A stretch of 64,000 bases of DNA from contig DF237188.1 of assembly GCA_000708835.1 (NCBI GenBank), forward strand, positions 66,278 to 130,277, in the 5' to 3' direction. Numbering within the stretch: position 1 is the stretch's first letter; the number at the start of each line of letters is the position of its first letter. The notes below the pieces were generated by a model that did not search any database, was not told the origin of the DNA, and saw only the letters and a list, made by a program, of their open reading frames with translations. Source of the DNA: Klebsormidium nitens (lineage: Eukaryota > Plantae > Klebsormidiophyceae). Both the position numbers and the translations under genes were made by a program. Positions 11,494 to 25,500 of this stretch are shown piece by piece.

Positions 11494-14400
11494 TCAAGAA
11501 ATGTTTTGCCCGTAGGTCGCACAGTATCTTAGCAAAGCATCTTGATGCTTCTTCTCTAAACTTTGCTGGATCACGGGCAAAAACTTCCCCGGGTTCTGCG
11601 CCGTAAACTTGGCAAGGCTTTCCGTCAAGTATCGCCGCGCATCCTCGACCTCGCTAAGCGGATCCTGGTACTCTTTGTGCGCATTGTGGAGTTGAGCGTA
11701 CGAAGCCGCATACCCCGGTATCTCGTCCACTTCGAGCACGTCATTCTCTTCTTGGGCGACCGTGGCTTCCTCCGAGCGCTCTAGCAGCGCAACCTCGGTG
11801 TCCAGCAGCTTGCCCCACAGTTGGAGGGAGGCGTCGTCGGCCATTGGGGGGCACTCGCACAACAGCTTTGTGGTTGCCACGCTCGTGACTTTGACCTCGA
11901 TGTCCCCCGTGATGCTGATGGCGCCACCCCGCTCCGTGCTGCCCAGCCACACGCCGCCCAGCAGCTCCCGATAGATGCCCGCTTGCAGCTTTTCCAGGCT
12001 CTCCACCAGCTGCAAGACGGGGAGGAGGAAAAGTCGTTACACCGTGCTCCGGAAAAAGTAGCAGAACACTGGCAGCTGCGTGTGGGACAAAGATATGTGC
12101 ACTCTAGTCGATTGCTGTCGGAAATACCTGGTCTGCAAGGCGCGATGACTTACAAATGCTCGGAAGTGACCAGATTCTCGTCTTTTGAGAGCAAAATCTT
12201 CGCTCTGGCAACTGAGGTGCTTCCGCTGCCAATACAAAAAATACTTCGCCATGACTATGAGCGGGATCCTTATGGAAATGCCTGAAAAAGGGGTAATCAT
12301 ATGCGTAGCCTCACTTCCCCAGTAGACTGTGCGCGTGATCCGTGCGAGGATGCCCACAAACTACCAAACAGGAGATCGTCGAATGCGTGGCCTTACCTCC
12401 GTGGCTCCGTATTTGAGTATGAACAGGGAGAGGAACACCACCAGCGCCTTGACGAACTTGACGGTCCGGGACTTGGAGAGGCGAGTGAAGAGCAGCGTCC
12501 ACAGCGGGGTGAGGTACGGCCGCACAGCCTGCGGAAGAGACGCAAATCGGGTAACAGCGAGTTTGAGGGTCACTAAGTGCAATTTGAAAGCAAGCAGCAA
12601 GCGGCCAGCAAGTCGCCGCAAACTCTTCGAACAGACTTCGAATTTGCCAAGGCCCTCAGAGCCAAAGCCAGGTCTGGAAGCGGGTATGGCACAATGCGAT
12701 ATAGACACTTAAATTCGAAAGACTCCTTCCCTCTTTATGACAGTTGCCTTTCATTCAACGAAAATCCTACATATTCAAGAGTTCCATCGTTTTGGCAGCT
12801 TCCAGGATCGAAAGAAGGATGCGACACCCAATCGAAGCTGGGAGGCGCAGCATTCCGTGCATGTGACTGAGCTTCTTGAGAACGTCGTCTGCTAACCAGC
12901 AGCCTGTGCTGCCAGAGACATCGCCTCGGAAACCCTTAGCACCTAGGCGACCGTCCCTACCCAACAACCCTATTACGCCTCAAGAGTGTTGAAACCAACT
13001 CACGTCGACGGGAAGGCTCTCCACGACGGTGTTGAGGATGAAGAAGCCCTGGTGGTCGGTGTGGCGCGACGCGATGAGCTTCTGGAAGACGCCCAGCACG
13101 GCGGGCAGCTTCTGCTGGCTGATGATCTCCTGGGGCGCCTTTTGCAGGTACGCCTGCAGGAGCCGAACTAGAGCGGGCACGTTGGCGCTGCGCTCCCACA
13201 GCAGCGGCGTCAGCAGCGGGCTAAAGAGGGCCATGTAGATGGTGGGCAGCGGCGCGGGGCGCAGCTCCACCAGCTGCGACAGTATCTGGAACACGTACGG
13301 CATGAACTCCGCCACGTCTGCGCAGGAAGAGAGCAACAGTGGGCGTCAGCAAAGGGATCGTGGCGGCGGTTAGTAGCGGCCAAGATAATGTAGCACGTTG
13401 TTTGTAGCCCAGAGCGATACGTCCAGACAAGGGCCAAAGGTGGTAGGAAAAGTCAAGAGGAAAGGGTCGCTTTTATCGAACACACGCTGTGATTGAGCTC
13501 ATGACCAACTTTACAAAGTGGCCAGACTTGGCGGGTTGAAACATGTGCCTATAGGCCGCCTCGAAAGCCTTTCAGTAGCGCGATTTGGTTGATTTGACTA
13601 ATCTAACTTCCTGAACAGCCACGAATGCGACCATGCTGACAAGAATTGAATGAAAGACCGGGAAAAGTTTCGAGGTACGGTCGACAGCAGGAGAACGCGG
13701 AAAGGCGCAAAGTCCACCATCTCAAGGTAACATGATTCAGATTCGAAGCTCGGTGGAAGGCCCAGACGAAACCATACAAGCGTGAACAGATACCAAGCAC
13801 GCTGCAACATCCCCGCCTTACCATCTTGCAGCACGATGTCGAAGACGGGGAACAGCTTCTTCTCGAAAACGTCCAGCCGCGCGGGGTTGGCGGCGCACGT
13901 CTGCTTGATGAGCGCCGCGACCGCCTCAAAGAGGTAGTGGTTGAAGCCGGGCTGCGTGGGATTCTTGCACACGGCCTTCAGGATGTCGGCCAGCTGCGCG
14001 AGCACGCCCTCCGCGTACTGGGCCACGGGGGACGACGAGATCATGCGCATGACGCACTTCATCACGTAGTCGTTCTCCTGCACCACGTGGCGGCCAAGGT
14101 CAGCATAAGCCATTTCCTTTGACCCATATGCAGCCCTCACTTTGGCAGAGGTTGTTGTTGCGACATTTGCACTAAGAACGGCTAAGAGAAGCAACTATTT
14201 CAAGGGAGGTCGAACAGTCCAACAACAAACGGTTGACGCAGGATGAAGGGTGTCAGCACATGCGCATACGTTGTTGTCTCAGAAGCTGTACGCAGTTGCG
14301 TCCGAACCAAGAGTCAAGGCCTAACTGATCTGCAAAGAGACATAGAAGCAATATGGGATGCGAGCTGGCCCTAAATCCAGCCGAATACTGACCTGAGAGT

Positions 14401-17400
14401 CGGGGAGCTTGAGTGCCCCGAAGAGGTTGGAAAGAAGCTGCTGCGTGAACGGGGCCAAGTCCTACAAGCAACAAACCGTTGGGTCAGAGCAAACCCAGCT
14501 GCGTCAGCGAAAACCCAGAAGCCGGACTGCCGCGCAGTACTCCACATAGAGGCCGGGCTTGCATCCGCGTTGCAAACATGTCAAATCGTGAGAACCAAGA
14601 AGCAGCACAACATGTAACCCAGCGACTGGCAGCAAAATGTAACCTCGTTCAACAAAGGCTGGTCGAAAGCCCTCAAGCGACCTGTGAATGACTGCATAAG
14701 TGCCGTAACAGAGTGCCAGAATGAACTGTACGGGGTAGCCACCCCACGAGTTCTCACCTGGGGAGTGAAGCGGGGCCTGCCCCCGTCCTTGACGACCAGC
14801 AGCCGCTCAATCGCATGCGCAGCGTACGAGTGGACCACGTTGTGCTCGTCCAGGAGCAGGGCAACTAGGTGCGGGAACAGGGACAGACACGCCGCCTTGG
14901 GAATCTGCAGCAGATGCACAGCAGCGAGCTCAGAAAAGACGCAACATCACCAACTTTGGGATTAAAATGGAGCAAATGTGGTCTTGACTACAAAAAAGAC
15001 GAGGAGCTAAACGGGAGTCGTTTGAAGGAGACCTCGACCGTCTTTAATCGCGACGCAACTCGAGGCGTAAGTGGTACCTAGATCGCCCAGCCGGCCTCAT
15101 GAAGATCCTTCATCTTAACGGGCTGGACAAGACTGCGATGCAGAAAGCTAGCGTCCCTTCCTGCGACCACTTCGCTAAATCCATGCCCTCTGTCACCGTC
15201 AAGTTAAGTTGAACGCCAAACGTAAACGCTCACAGACATTCGACCCGGGACCTTTGTACGGGAATAGGAGCAGCCAAACAAGTTCGCAACCGCTTTGAAG
15301 AAGCGTTTTGAAGCCAAAGATGAAGCCGCGGCTCTCAGTAAGCGGCGGTCCCTCACCTGGCTGCGGAAGGTGGTGACGAACTTGAGCGCGTCCGCGCGCA
15401 GAACGGGGCTGCCGTCCGTCTTCTTGAGCTCCGGCTCGATCTGCGCCGTGAAGAAGTCCCCGATGTTGACCAGCTGATTGGTGGCCGTGGCGCCCTGCGC
15501 GGCCGTCTTCTGGCGCACCGTCAGCGCCACCACCAGGTAAATCGCGCAGTCCTTCTCCTTCCAGTTGACGGCGGGGTTCGCGGCGTACGTCTGGAGCATC
15601 AGCGTCACGTACTGACCAAAGAGCTGCGTCACCTGGGGACAAAACGAAGACGAGGCTAACACGGGAGCGAGAGAGACGAGGGCTCCAGACTCTTGATACT
15701 GCTCACTGCGACTTTTCCATTCACGGGTTCGACCACCCGAAACCAATCATTGCTTCAAATCAGAATCAAACAACATATGACTGGTTGTGAAGTTTAGGCT
15801 CGACAAGACGAGCCAAGCCCGATCGGGCTCGGATCAGGCCCAAAAATACAAAGTGCGAATGTCCAACCAAGGCCGCTCCTGCACCATAAAACAAGGTTGA
15901 CGACTTGAGCCCGTTCGGAGTGCGGTGTACAATGGTACCCATGCGTCCATTGTGGACACAAAAGTATTCCCCCGAACCGAAAAGGGAGATGCTAGAACTC
16001 CCGGCTCCTTTGAGTTTGTACACCCGCTCACCTGCTGCTCATAGTATGTCGTCAGCCCCTTCACCAGTTCGCACGCGGTCCTCCTCCGTGTGTCTGTGTC
16101 ACTGCCCTCCATGTCCCTGCAGAGAAACACGAAAACGATGCCGTTCAATTCATATTCCTGACTGTTTGCTACTCAGATCGCACGTTGGCGCTCGTCCTGA
16201 AACTCGTCCGAGTTTGACGTAGGTTGACCCACAAGCAGCCTCGTTCGCTTCGTTTCGATCAGGACCTTCATTGATCGTAGGATTCGCAAACAAGAATCGA
16301 CGGGTCCTTCTGCAACGCTTGCACGAACCAGATGGCGGCTATACATTTGAACATTTTTATAGAAACCAGCGAGCAACACAAGTGCCACATAAGCGCACTT
16401 AAGCCTTGCCAGTAATAGACACACGAGAGGGCAAGCGACCACACCTTCGGATGTACTCGACGTGGTTCATCTCAAAAAGCTCCTCGTCGTCGTCCCTCAT
16501 GCGCAGGTTGGGCACCACAATTTTCTCACAGATCTGCTGCACCACCTCCGCCTGGTTGAACAGCTCATGGTGCACGCTGCGGGCCACCGTCGTCAAAAAC
16601 TTGATGGACGTAATTGCCAGTTTGTCGTGGCTGGCGGACAGGCCCACCTGCCATTCACCAGAGACCGTATGTTTGTCTGATGCCCCTCAGCTTGTTGGAA
16701 GACAAAGCATATTTCTCCCAAGATGGTCGGTTTGTAGCTGATCCTCCTCCCTTTATATCTGATTGCGTTGAACTTGTCATCGGGATCCAAGAGCATGGTT
16801 CCTAATCCTGAACCGTCGGACACCCTTCTTGTTTGTCAAATGACAAGGAACTAATTGTTGTTGATCAAGAGCCGCGCTCGGAGCAGTTGGAATCCAACAG
16901 CAGATATAAAACAAAGTTATAGCATGGCATGGAAGTGCGCTAGCTGCGCAAGGCTTCACCCTCGAAAGCTGCCCCTTTTAGTAGTGTTAGGGTGATTGTG
17001 TGTCCAAAACAACTTGATACAAACCGGCATTTAGTCAGACCTGCTCTTGCGGTGTCTCACCGAATTGCCAATTCTTGAGTGGTGTAGAAAGTTCACGCAC
17101 TATGAATCACCAACTTACCTTCATCAGAAGACTCCACACATCAGTCACAAACGTTTGCAGGTAGCTCCGGAACTCCTCCTCGTACTTGCTCATGTACAGA
17201 TTGATGTTCTCGCACACCGCAGCCTTGACCTGCGCAGCACATATGCATGCGATCTTCAGTCAGAAAAACAACACTCGGCTTCCACTTGCTTAGGACTGAC
17301 AGGTGCACCGAACAACGCTGCCATCGTCGCATTCCATCCAGTGGCACTGACTGACCACCATCTAAAGCCCAAAATCATCAATTCCACACGCATGGGCATG

Positions 17401-18510
17401 GGTCTTACCCCGACTGAAAAGAGCATGCTGAGAGGAATAGGATGACTCCAGGTACTCCACGCATGTGCACTTTGTGTGTCAGCTTGAAGATGCAATGCAA
17501 GCCATACCAGCACTCAATCCTTAACCTGCGGAAATCTTCGGTGGTCGCAACTGAGCTATTGCTCGCTGATGATCGATGAACACTTTCATACCAGTGTGCT
17601 GTTTCTCATACCATACCTGGTAATGGTGAGCACACTCCTATCAGAACGTTGACCACCTTCCAAACCGTTCATAGAAGCACTAAGCTTGGTGTCTCACCTG
17701 GTCAGCCACCGACTCCTTGTCAGGATCGCTCTCCTCCAACCGTGGATTGTCATATGTCAGATACAAGTGGAATTGATCCATCCATTCCTTCATGTGATCC
17801 TCGAAAAACTCTGGCAGGTCCTGAAAGTTAAGCGAGTAGAAGATCCTGCATGCCAGCCGCAGGCAGGGGAACAGCGCCCTCAGCGCAACCGCATCGTTTG
17901 CGCTAGCCGCAATCAACTGGCCCATGCGCTGGACAAATTCAAGGAGGGGTTCGCAGAACAGGTTCAGGACATACTTGAGCTCCCCAAAGAGCTCGTCTGA
18001 CTTGAACTGGAACCTGAAGCGCTTGAAGATGGAGTTGGCGGTTTGGAGCACGCCATTGATGACCACGGGGTCCGTTGCAGACCGCAACTTTTCTACAAGC
18101 TCTGGTAAGAGAGACGGCCATTTCGAGGGGAAGTCATAATTTGAGATGATGGACAGCGCTTCGCTCAATTGTGCCTGGACCTGAGGGGGGGTGCTCAGCA
18201 TCAGAGTTGTAATGTGCGTTTTGATCTGCTGCTTCTCTGCATCCTGCATAGGCGCCACTTGCAGCTCCTCGTGCTCTGACGCATCCCAATGATACTTGAC
18301 ATGGTTCTTGAAATTGACCGCTGCCGCTAGCCTGATCTGAAGGTCCACGCTGTGTGCCGCCACCAATTGAAGCACCGTCACTCCGTAGTTTGGTTGGTTC
18401 GCCGCCTCCTTAAGAAAGTCCTCCGCCCGCTTCCTCGGGACAGGGTCCGGGAGGAGGCTCTGTCTAAAGCATTCCGTGAGCTCCTGAAGGGGGTTCCCGG
18501 CTGCAGCCAT
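11494..18510 (-). CDS. CSE1: Exportin-2 / importin-alpha re-exporter CSE1 (CAS)
   Basis: The first exon has an importin-beta N-terminal domain ([16 protein letters not shown]). Other exons give [112 protein letters not shown] and [18 protein letters not shown], all characteristic of Cse1. The exons are bounded by GT-AG sites. Confidence 0.97.
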
Positions 18511-18835
18511 GGCTAGATCATCAAATGATGTTGGCTCTCTTCGCGCCTCTAGGCTCTAGGCTCCAGCTGTTCCCAACTTTCGTCTGCGCCTGCTTCTGCT
18601 TGGTTGACCTGCCAAACAGTTTCTCATAGGTATGCGTGTTGCCAAAATTGGACCAACCGGGCACCGACGGGAGACCTGGTGTCGATCTATTATGGTCCTA
18701 CTTAGATCGCAACATTTGACACTCGTTTTTAATCTCCTAGGCACCTCGAAATACATTGTGAATATGAAAATTATAATGCCAATGGATTCTAGCTCACTGC
18801 TGATCAGAACCGGCTGACTGAAGGGTGAGCACAGC

Positions 18836-21446
18836 ATGGCGGCAACTGGCGTTTTGCGGGCCCCTGGTCTCCTCCCCTGCGGTTACCAACTATCTGAGGG
18901 CTGCCATTATGGTGGCCCTGTCCAGTCTAGCATCCCCATTCCTTGCATTCCCCAGTTCAGCACTGAAGCACCTCTCCGTGCTCCAACGGGCGTGTCCCCT
19001 GCATCCTATCCTCGCAGACTTCATTCCCCATTGAAGCGCGTCTCTCGGAAGCAACTACGGCATGTGTGCAAGGCCTCCTTGGTCGTGACTGCTGAAAAGT
19101 CTGCAGACATCATACAGTTGCAGCGTATTACAGAAACTGTTCCGGAGGTGGCCCTAAAGTCCGTGCGAGCGTTCGGGCCTGCGACTGTGGCAAACCTGGG
19201 GCCGGGCTTTGATTACCTGGGGTGTGCGCTCGACGGACTGGGGGACTACGTAACAGCGGAGGTGAGCAGAACTTGTCAGACATACTGGTCCATAGGGTGG
19301 ATGCTGCGCATGAGATGTCGCGTCAGCATACTCCTTGAGTGACCTTGCCGTCAATTGCTCTCAGCATTTCTAGGAAGAGGAAGGATGAGGAGATTGTTTG
19401 GAGATGGAGGTTGCCAATAAGAAGCGCAACCTATTCAGATGGCAAATGATGTTTCATCATGTTCGTGACAGCTCCATCATTGTGGTGGGGGCCGTATGTG
19501 GAGGAAGTTTGCCAGGACTTGACCGGGTGCAATGTGTGCAGGTGCGGGACGAGCTCGAAGGGGGTGCAATTGTCATCAACTCAATAACCGGCGACGGTGG
19601 CCGGCTGAGCCTAGAAGCCAACGACAACTGCGCAGGAATAGCCGCGAAAGCCACCCTTCAGCTTCTAGGCGTTACGGACGTCGGCATCGCATTGACACTC
19701 GAAAAGGGTCTTCCTCTGGGGAGCGGCTTGGGCTCAAGTGCGGCGTCAGCCGCTGCCGCCGCGTGGGCCGTGAACGCGCTCTTTGGGGGGGTGCTGACTC
19801 GGGCCCAACTAGTGGAGGCGGGGCTGGTGTCGGAGGCGACCGTGAGCGGGTACCATGCGGACAACATCGCACCGGCGATCATGGGCGGCTTTGTGCTTGT
19901 CAGGAGTTACAACCCGCTGCAGCTGATCCCTCTGCAAGTAAGACAGCTGTTTGTGTCGCTTGTCTCAATCTTCCGGAGTAATAGTAGACGGTATCTGTTC
20001 CATGACAAAACATGGTTTGAGTATACTTTGGCTGCAGACGGTCAATCACGACTCATCTTCGCCATAACGTCTGTGATTGCCACAAGATAGATGCTTCATG
20101 CCTTTTGACTTGGATAACCCCTTAGAGGGTGGCCCTATGGAGGTTGGCAAGACCGTGACGCCTTTCAGAAGCCTGTTCCGGGCTCATACCTTCCATCCTT
20201 TCTTCTTCCAGTATCCGGAGGACCGCTCGCTCTACTTTGTGGTGGTCACACCCGCGTTTGAGGCGCCTACGCGGGAGATGAGAGCCGTCCTGCCACAAGA
20301 GGTGAGTGCCGTTCTTCCCACCTCGAACCAGACCCATCCTGAATCCTCTACAAACTGCTTTGTGTCTGGGCTTGATGTAGATTGACAACTTCAACATCGC
20401 TCAAAGGGGACGGTCTCCACTTCCTGACTGTCGGCGCTCGTGACGCGAGCAGCACAAGAGGACCACAGCAAATCTAGAGAACAGTCAGTGAACACGCCTC
20501 TGCACGCTGAGATTTGTTTCGGAAATTCGTCCTCATCTTGCTCCTAATCTGCTGTGCGCCCTTCTTCTTCCGCTCTCCTCCAAAGCTCCAAACTGGAAGA
20601 TGAAAGCCCGCGCAGAACGGGCTTAGCTACCCTCTGCAGGTGACTCTGAAGAAGCACATCGCAAACTGTAGTCAAGGGGCGGCCCTGGTTGCGGCCATTC
20701 TGACGGGGCAAGCGGATCTCTTGGGGTCGGCCCTTTGTGAGTATGCTCCGCTCTTTGTCAGATCGTGATTCTGCGAAAATCAAGAGGACGCAGAAGAATC
20801 TTCGTTAGGCTGACTCATGCATTACACCTCCTGCGTTCTTTGTCCCTCGTCTTGTCGAAAATAAGCGAAGGCTAGTGCGGGTCAAGCGTTGACATATTGC
20901 TCAGAGATTCTGTACCTCTGCCTTTCTGACCCCGCGGAATCTATCAGCGCTGTCCCGTGAGAGTTTTTTTGTCGCATCGTGCAGAAAGAAGTCATTAATT
21001 CGATCCTCATTTCGTGTTTCCACCCCCCAGCTTCCGATACCATTGTTGAGCCCCGGCGAGGACCTCTCATCCCGGGCCTGGCAGCGGTCAAAGTCAGCGC
21101 CATGGCGGCAGGAGCGTTTGGGTGCACCATCAGGTAAGCCATGTCGCTCGTCATTTTCCCGTAACACAATTTCACCCAGACGTTCTGGTGTTTTTACGTC
21201 GGCTGCTTGCTTTCTTGGCTGGAAAACCGGTTGCAGAAGGACGTTACCCGCCGCTTGCAACTAAGATGATGCTTTCTGTTTGCTTGTTGCAGTGGGGCTG
21301 GTCCGACGGCCGTTGCAATTACGGATTCGGAAGAAAAGGGGAAGCAGATTGGGGAGGCGATGCAGGCTGCTTTTGCGGAGAATGGCCGTTTAAAGTCAAC
21401 AGCGGCCGTCTTGAGCTTAAACAGGGAGGGAGCCCAAGTCGTCTGA
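18836..21446 (+). CDS. HSK: Plastid homoserine kinase (GHMP kinase family)
   Basis: Exons 18836-19261, 19542-19937, 20212-20301, 20640-20736, 21031-21133 and 21293-21446 splice in frame. Motifs include FGPATVANLGPGFDYLGCA, the GHMP loop PLGSGLGSSAASA, HADNIAPAIMGG and GAFGCTISGAGPT. The N-terminus resembles a transit peptide. Confidence 0.97.
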
Positions 21447-21798
21447 TGTCCGATCGCTTCTTAGAGGGAGATGACAACATAGCCTGTGTTTGTGAGTTGT
21501 AGCCTATCCCGTTATTATGCAAGTGATCATCAAATAATGATCATCATGTAATGCGCGACGTTCTTCCAGCTATACTGCCATTGCTATTGAACTTTTGTGA
21601 CAATCCTTGCACATTGCTCACTCTGCATGTCGGCGAGCCGCCTCGGTTCATTTTTTCCTCGATGACACACGAGCAGGGCAATTCCCATGCAGATTCGTGA
21701 CACAGATGCAGAATTCATGAGAGCAAAGCCGCATATGTCGGATCATATCGAATAATTGGGAAGATTGCAAGTTTGCATGTAAGGTCAATTGAACTGTG

Positions 21799-22158
21799 AG
21801 AACCCGTGGAAAAAGAACGTGGACTCCAGTTTTCGTTTGTGACCCCCACACCTTTTGGTACCCCTATGCGCGAGCAGCTGAAGGCTCCGGACTGGCACGT
21901 GTAACCTAGGGGTTATTCAATGGTAACGTAACCTCGACTGCACTTGATGTCGACCGACCGATTGAACTCTCACCGAGGGTTCCATTTCAGTATGCCGCAT
22001 GGTATCGATGTGCAGTTTCGGCCTCCCGGATGTAGAGACAAGCGACCGGGTGATTTCGCGCAGTAACCAATCTACTGAGACGCACGCGCAGGGGGTACCA
22101 ACCATTGTGGGGGTCCAGAATGGAAAACTGGAGTCCACGTTCTCCTTCCACGGGTTCT
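21799..22158. mobile_element. Foldback/MITE-like inverted-repeat element
   Basis: Arms at 21799-21872 and 22085-22158. The outer 36-bp core matches as an inverted repeat at 34 of 36 positions. The spacer is about 210 bp and has no convincing ORF. Confidence 0.65.
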
Positions 22159-22547
22159 GTGAGATCGTTGAGCGTTGTAGAGGCGCATGACTGCTACACG
22201 ACAGCCTGGCACATGTACGGCACCATATACAGGGGCCGGCCCAGCGGATCATATGAAACATTGCTGAAAATCTTGCCACTAACACCGAATTTCCAATGGA
22301 CTCAATCAACCCAAATGAAATTTTGCTGCCTTGTGAAAGGACGTACTTCAATTCTCGATAATAAGACGTAGTTCTCACCTGAAAGGCGCGATCTGCAAGA
22401 TTGCAACTAATCTGCATGGCCAGCAGGATCTGCTCTTTACCATATCGCAAAACCGTTCTTATATTCGCAACACTGCAAGTTGTACAACAAGCTGCTTCAA
22501 TTTGCCGGCGGCTATGTAGCGCTCAAACCACCGCCCCCTCGCTCGCA

Positions 22548-25500
22548 CTACAAAAAGAGCGTCCCTATGTAGTCCTGGAACCGCTGCGAGTACGTCCTGG
22601 GGTCCACCGCAGACATGGCCTGGCTGTCCCCGAACTTGAGGCTCTTGTACGTGTGCTCAACGCGCTTCGACACGTCCCACTCCTGCAGTATGTCAATGAT
22701 CCCAAAGTAAAGCACCACGTCGCGCGCCCCGCCCTGCGACGCCGCAGAGTCTTGGCGCTCGTTTTTGGGCAGCGCGGTGGCCGCCATGTTGACGCCCAGC
22801 TGCACGCGTGAGCGACCGAAGCTGTACGCGAGCGCGTCCGTCCCGCCGCGGCTGCCCAGCACGGGCCGCAGCGTATCGGTGCGGTCGGGCGCCATGGCCG
22901 CGATCTACAAGGACGAAATGCGCGGTCAGGATGATGCAGTCTTTCCTCTCCATCGCGTGGATTAGTGCGGCTGGTTAGTCTCGATCATCACCGTCAGCTT
23001 CTCCGCACCACTTCTGCATCTGGCACGCCCACACCTCTTTCCCGCATACTCGATCAGCAAGCAGCCAAATACTGTAAAGACAGAGATCAACTGCCGCTGC
23101 CAAGGTAACCGTGTCTCCTCAGCTTCTAGTCGTCCAGATCAACTGATTCCAACGCTTTTGCGAATGTTCATACAGAGAAGCAACCGAACAAATACGAGCA
23201 AAGTTCCGAACAGTGCACTCATGCACTCCCATCCCTTGCTAAACCCCACTCACCACGTGCCCGTTCATCCCGTACGGCAGCCGCGGCGCCGCACCCCGGG
23301 TCCCTAGCCTGGTGAACGCACCCCCCCGCTGCGTCAACGTGGACACCTCCTCCTCGCCATCGTCGACCGTGACGGCACTGAATGTCGACACCCCACCCGC
23401 GCTCTCCTCGGTGAGGGTGGACAACTGCGACTCGTGCTTGATGTCGCGGTAATGCACCTGTGACGCCGAGGTCAAGGCAAGATGAGTGTCCTGCTTTTTA
23501 TCGGAACCGGGTGTTACACTGCCAATGAAGTGCCGGTCTGGAAAAACGTCCTTGTGAAGTTATATCGTTACAAGAGGTACTCGGTGAGCGCCGAACCTGT
23601 CAACCGTTTATGCAGCAGCGAGTTCACCGACTCAAAGCGGTGAGCGGCTCGAGTTTGCACCATGCTGACCCACCTCAATTGCGGTGTAACAGAAACACAT
23701 AAGCCTCAGAACATGGAACTGATGTTGATCGCCCCATCTCTGAAGCCGGCCTCACCCCGAGCAGCAGCGAGTAGTCCATGATGTGCAGCTTCTGCAGAAA
23801 GTCGCAGTCCTGCGCCAGCTGACGGGCCAGCCGCTCCCGCCAGCCCTCCTCCAGCTTGAATGCCATGTCCAGGTCCAGGTCCTTGAGCGTCGTGGCCGCG
23901 TCGCGCGCGGCGGGGTCGGTGGCGCGGCCGTGCGAGGAGCCCTTGAGGTCGAAGCGCGCGTCGATGCGCAGGTCCGTGTGGAACATGTTGCCCATCACCA
24001 TGAACCGCACCTGCGACAACAGGGAGGACACCAGAGCCTGGATCAGCACAGCTTTCATAGCCTTTCGCTGATCGCCCCAAAAAACAATTGAGTTGACAAA
24101 CTTTGTCAATTTGAGTATCCCCGCACAGCCTTCTCTGGTAACCAGAGGGAAACTTGAATCGACATTCTTGTCGACTTGGGTGCGAGGAGGAGGGACCACA
24201 TCTCATAGAGCCAGACAGGGAGGATAGCAAACGTGCGCAGGAAAAGAAAAGGAAAGGATCCAATCAGGGACAGAGGCCAGACGCAACTGAGAGCGACATC
24301 CACGCAATCTCTGGTCGATTTATTGGTGCACGTTCGAGTGCTTCCTTCAACATGAATCGATGCCCCCTAGACACCCTGCACTCCGCTGCGGAAGCGACGC
24401 GCGCACCTTCCTGCCGTGCGCGGGCTTGATGCGGTGGAGTCCAAAGAACTTGGTGAGCAGCGTGTTGTCGTGCGTGCGCACGTGCTGGTAGTAGGCGGGC
24501 AGCATGTTGAGCAGCACGTGCATCTCCGTCTTGCGCATGGTCTTGATGAGGAAGCGGTCGTCGTGCGACAGGTAGAACACGGAGCCGGACTTGCCGGGCG
24601 ACGACAGCTCGCGCAGCGCGTCGCTGCCGGTCAGCGACATCATATAGTCCGCCGCGTCCGTGCCAAACAGGTCGCGCAGGTGCCTGCACCCATAGAGCGG
24701 CCGTGCGCGATCAAAAAGGTGGCAAGTACGAGTGGAAGTATAATCCGACCGTTTTGTGGTGTGCGCATTTACCTCTGTCAGCAGGATACTTCCGACAGCC
24801 CGCGATGTGGAGTTGATCAGCAAAAGAGCAGAGGAGAGCCGATGAGCAGGTTCCTCGTAGTTCTCAAACATCGAAGGTTGGGAACGTTGAAGCCCACACC
24901 ATCTGGCTCTCATGTGCTTGTTGTTCTCGGCCGGCACCGTTTCCGTCAGGGCGTCTCCAGCCAGCCAGTCAGCCGCCAGCTGACATATCCACGGCAGGCG
25001 TCAAATTTGACAGAAATGATGCCAGAATTCTACATGTGGCATGGCCCAAAGCCGAATCCGTACGAACAAACGGAACATCCCGCTTGACTGCGGATCTCAA
25101 TGACAAACCTCGCCTGTTCGTCTGCAAGCACTTGGAGAATATCCAACAGCACTAGTGTGAGGATGCCACGGCAAGCGCCTTGAGCGATGTCTTCCGGGTA
25201 GCATGTTTCCAAGAGTAAAGCTTTGCTACCTGAAGACCATGGGGCAGTAGTCCTTCCACTTGAAGTCGTGCGAGCGGTGCGGCGGGGTGGTGCTGGAGCC
25301 GTTGGGCGGGAAGCGCTGGCTCATCTGCGCCTTGAAGTCGGACGGCCGGATCTCGCGGAACTTCTCGGGCGTGATCTTGCCCACCGTGTACCTGCAAAGT
25401 AGTTTCGAGGCTGAGGCGAGGGAAACGGGAACGTCAGCGGGTAGGCGCATTTGGAGTAGTCAACAAAGCGGAAAAGGCGACCCGAATAAGCTCCCTGGTG

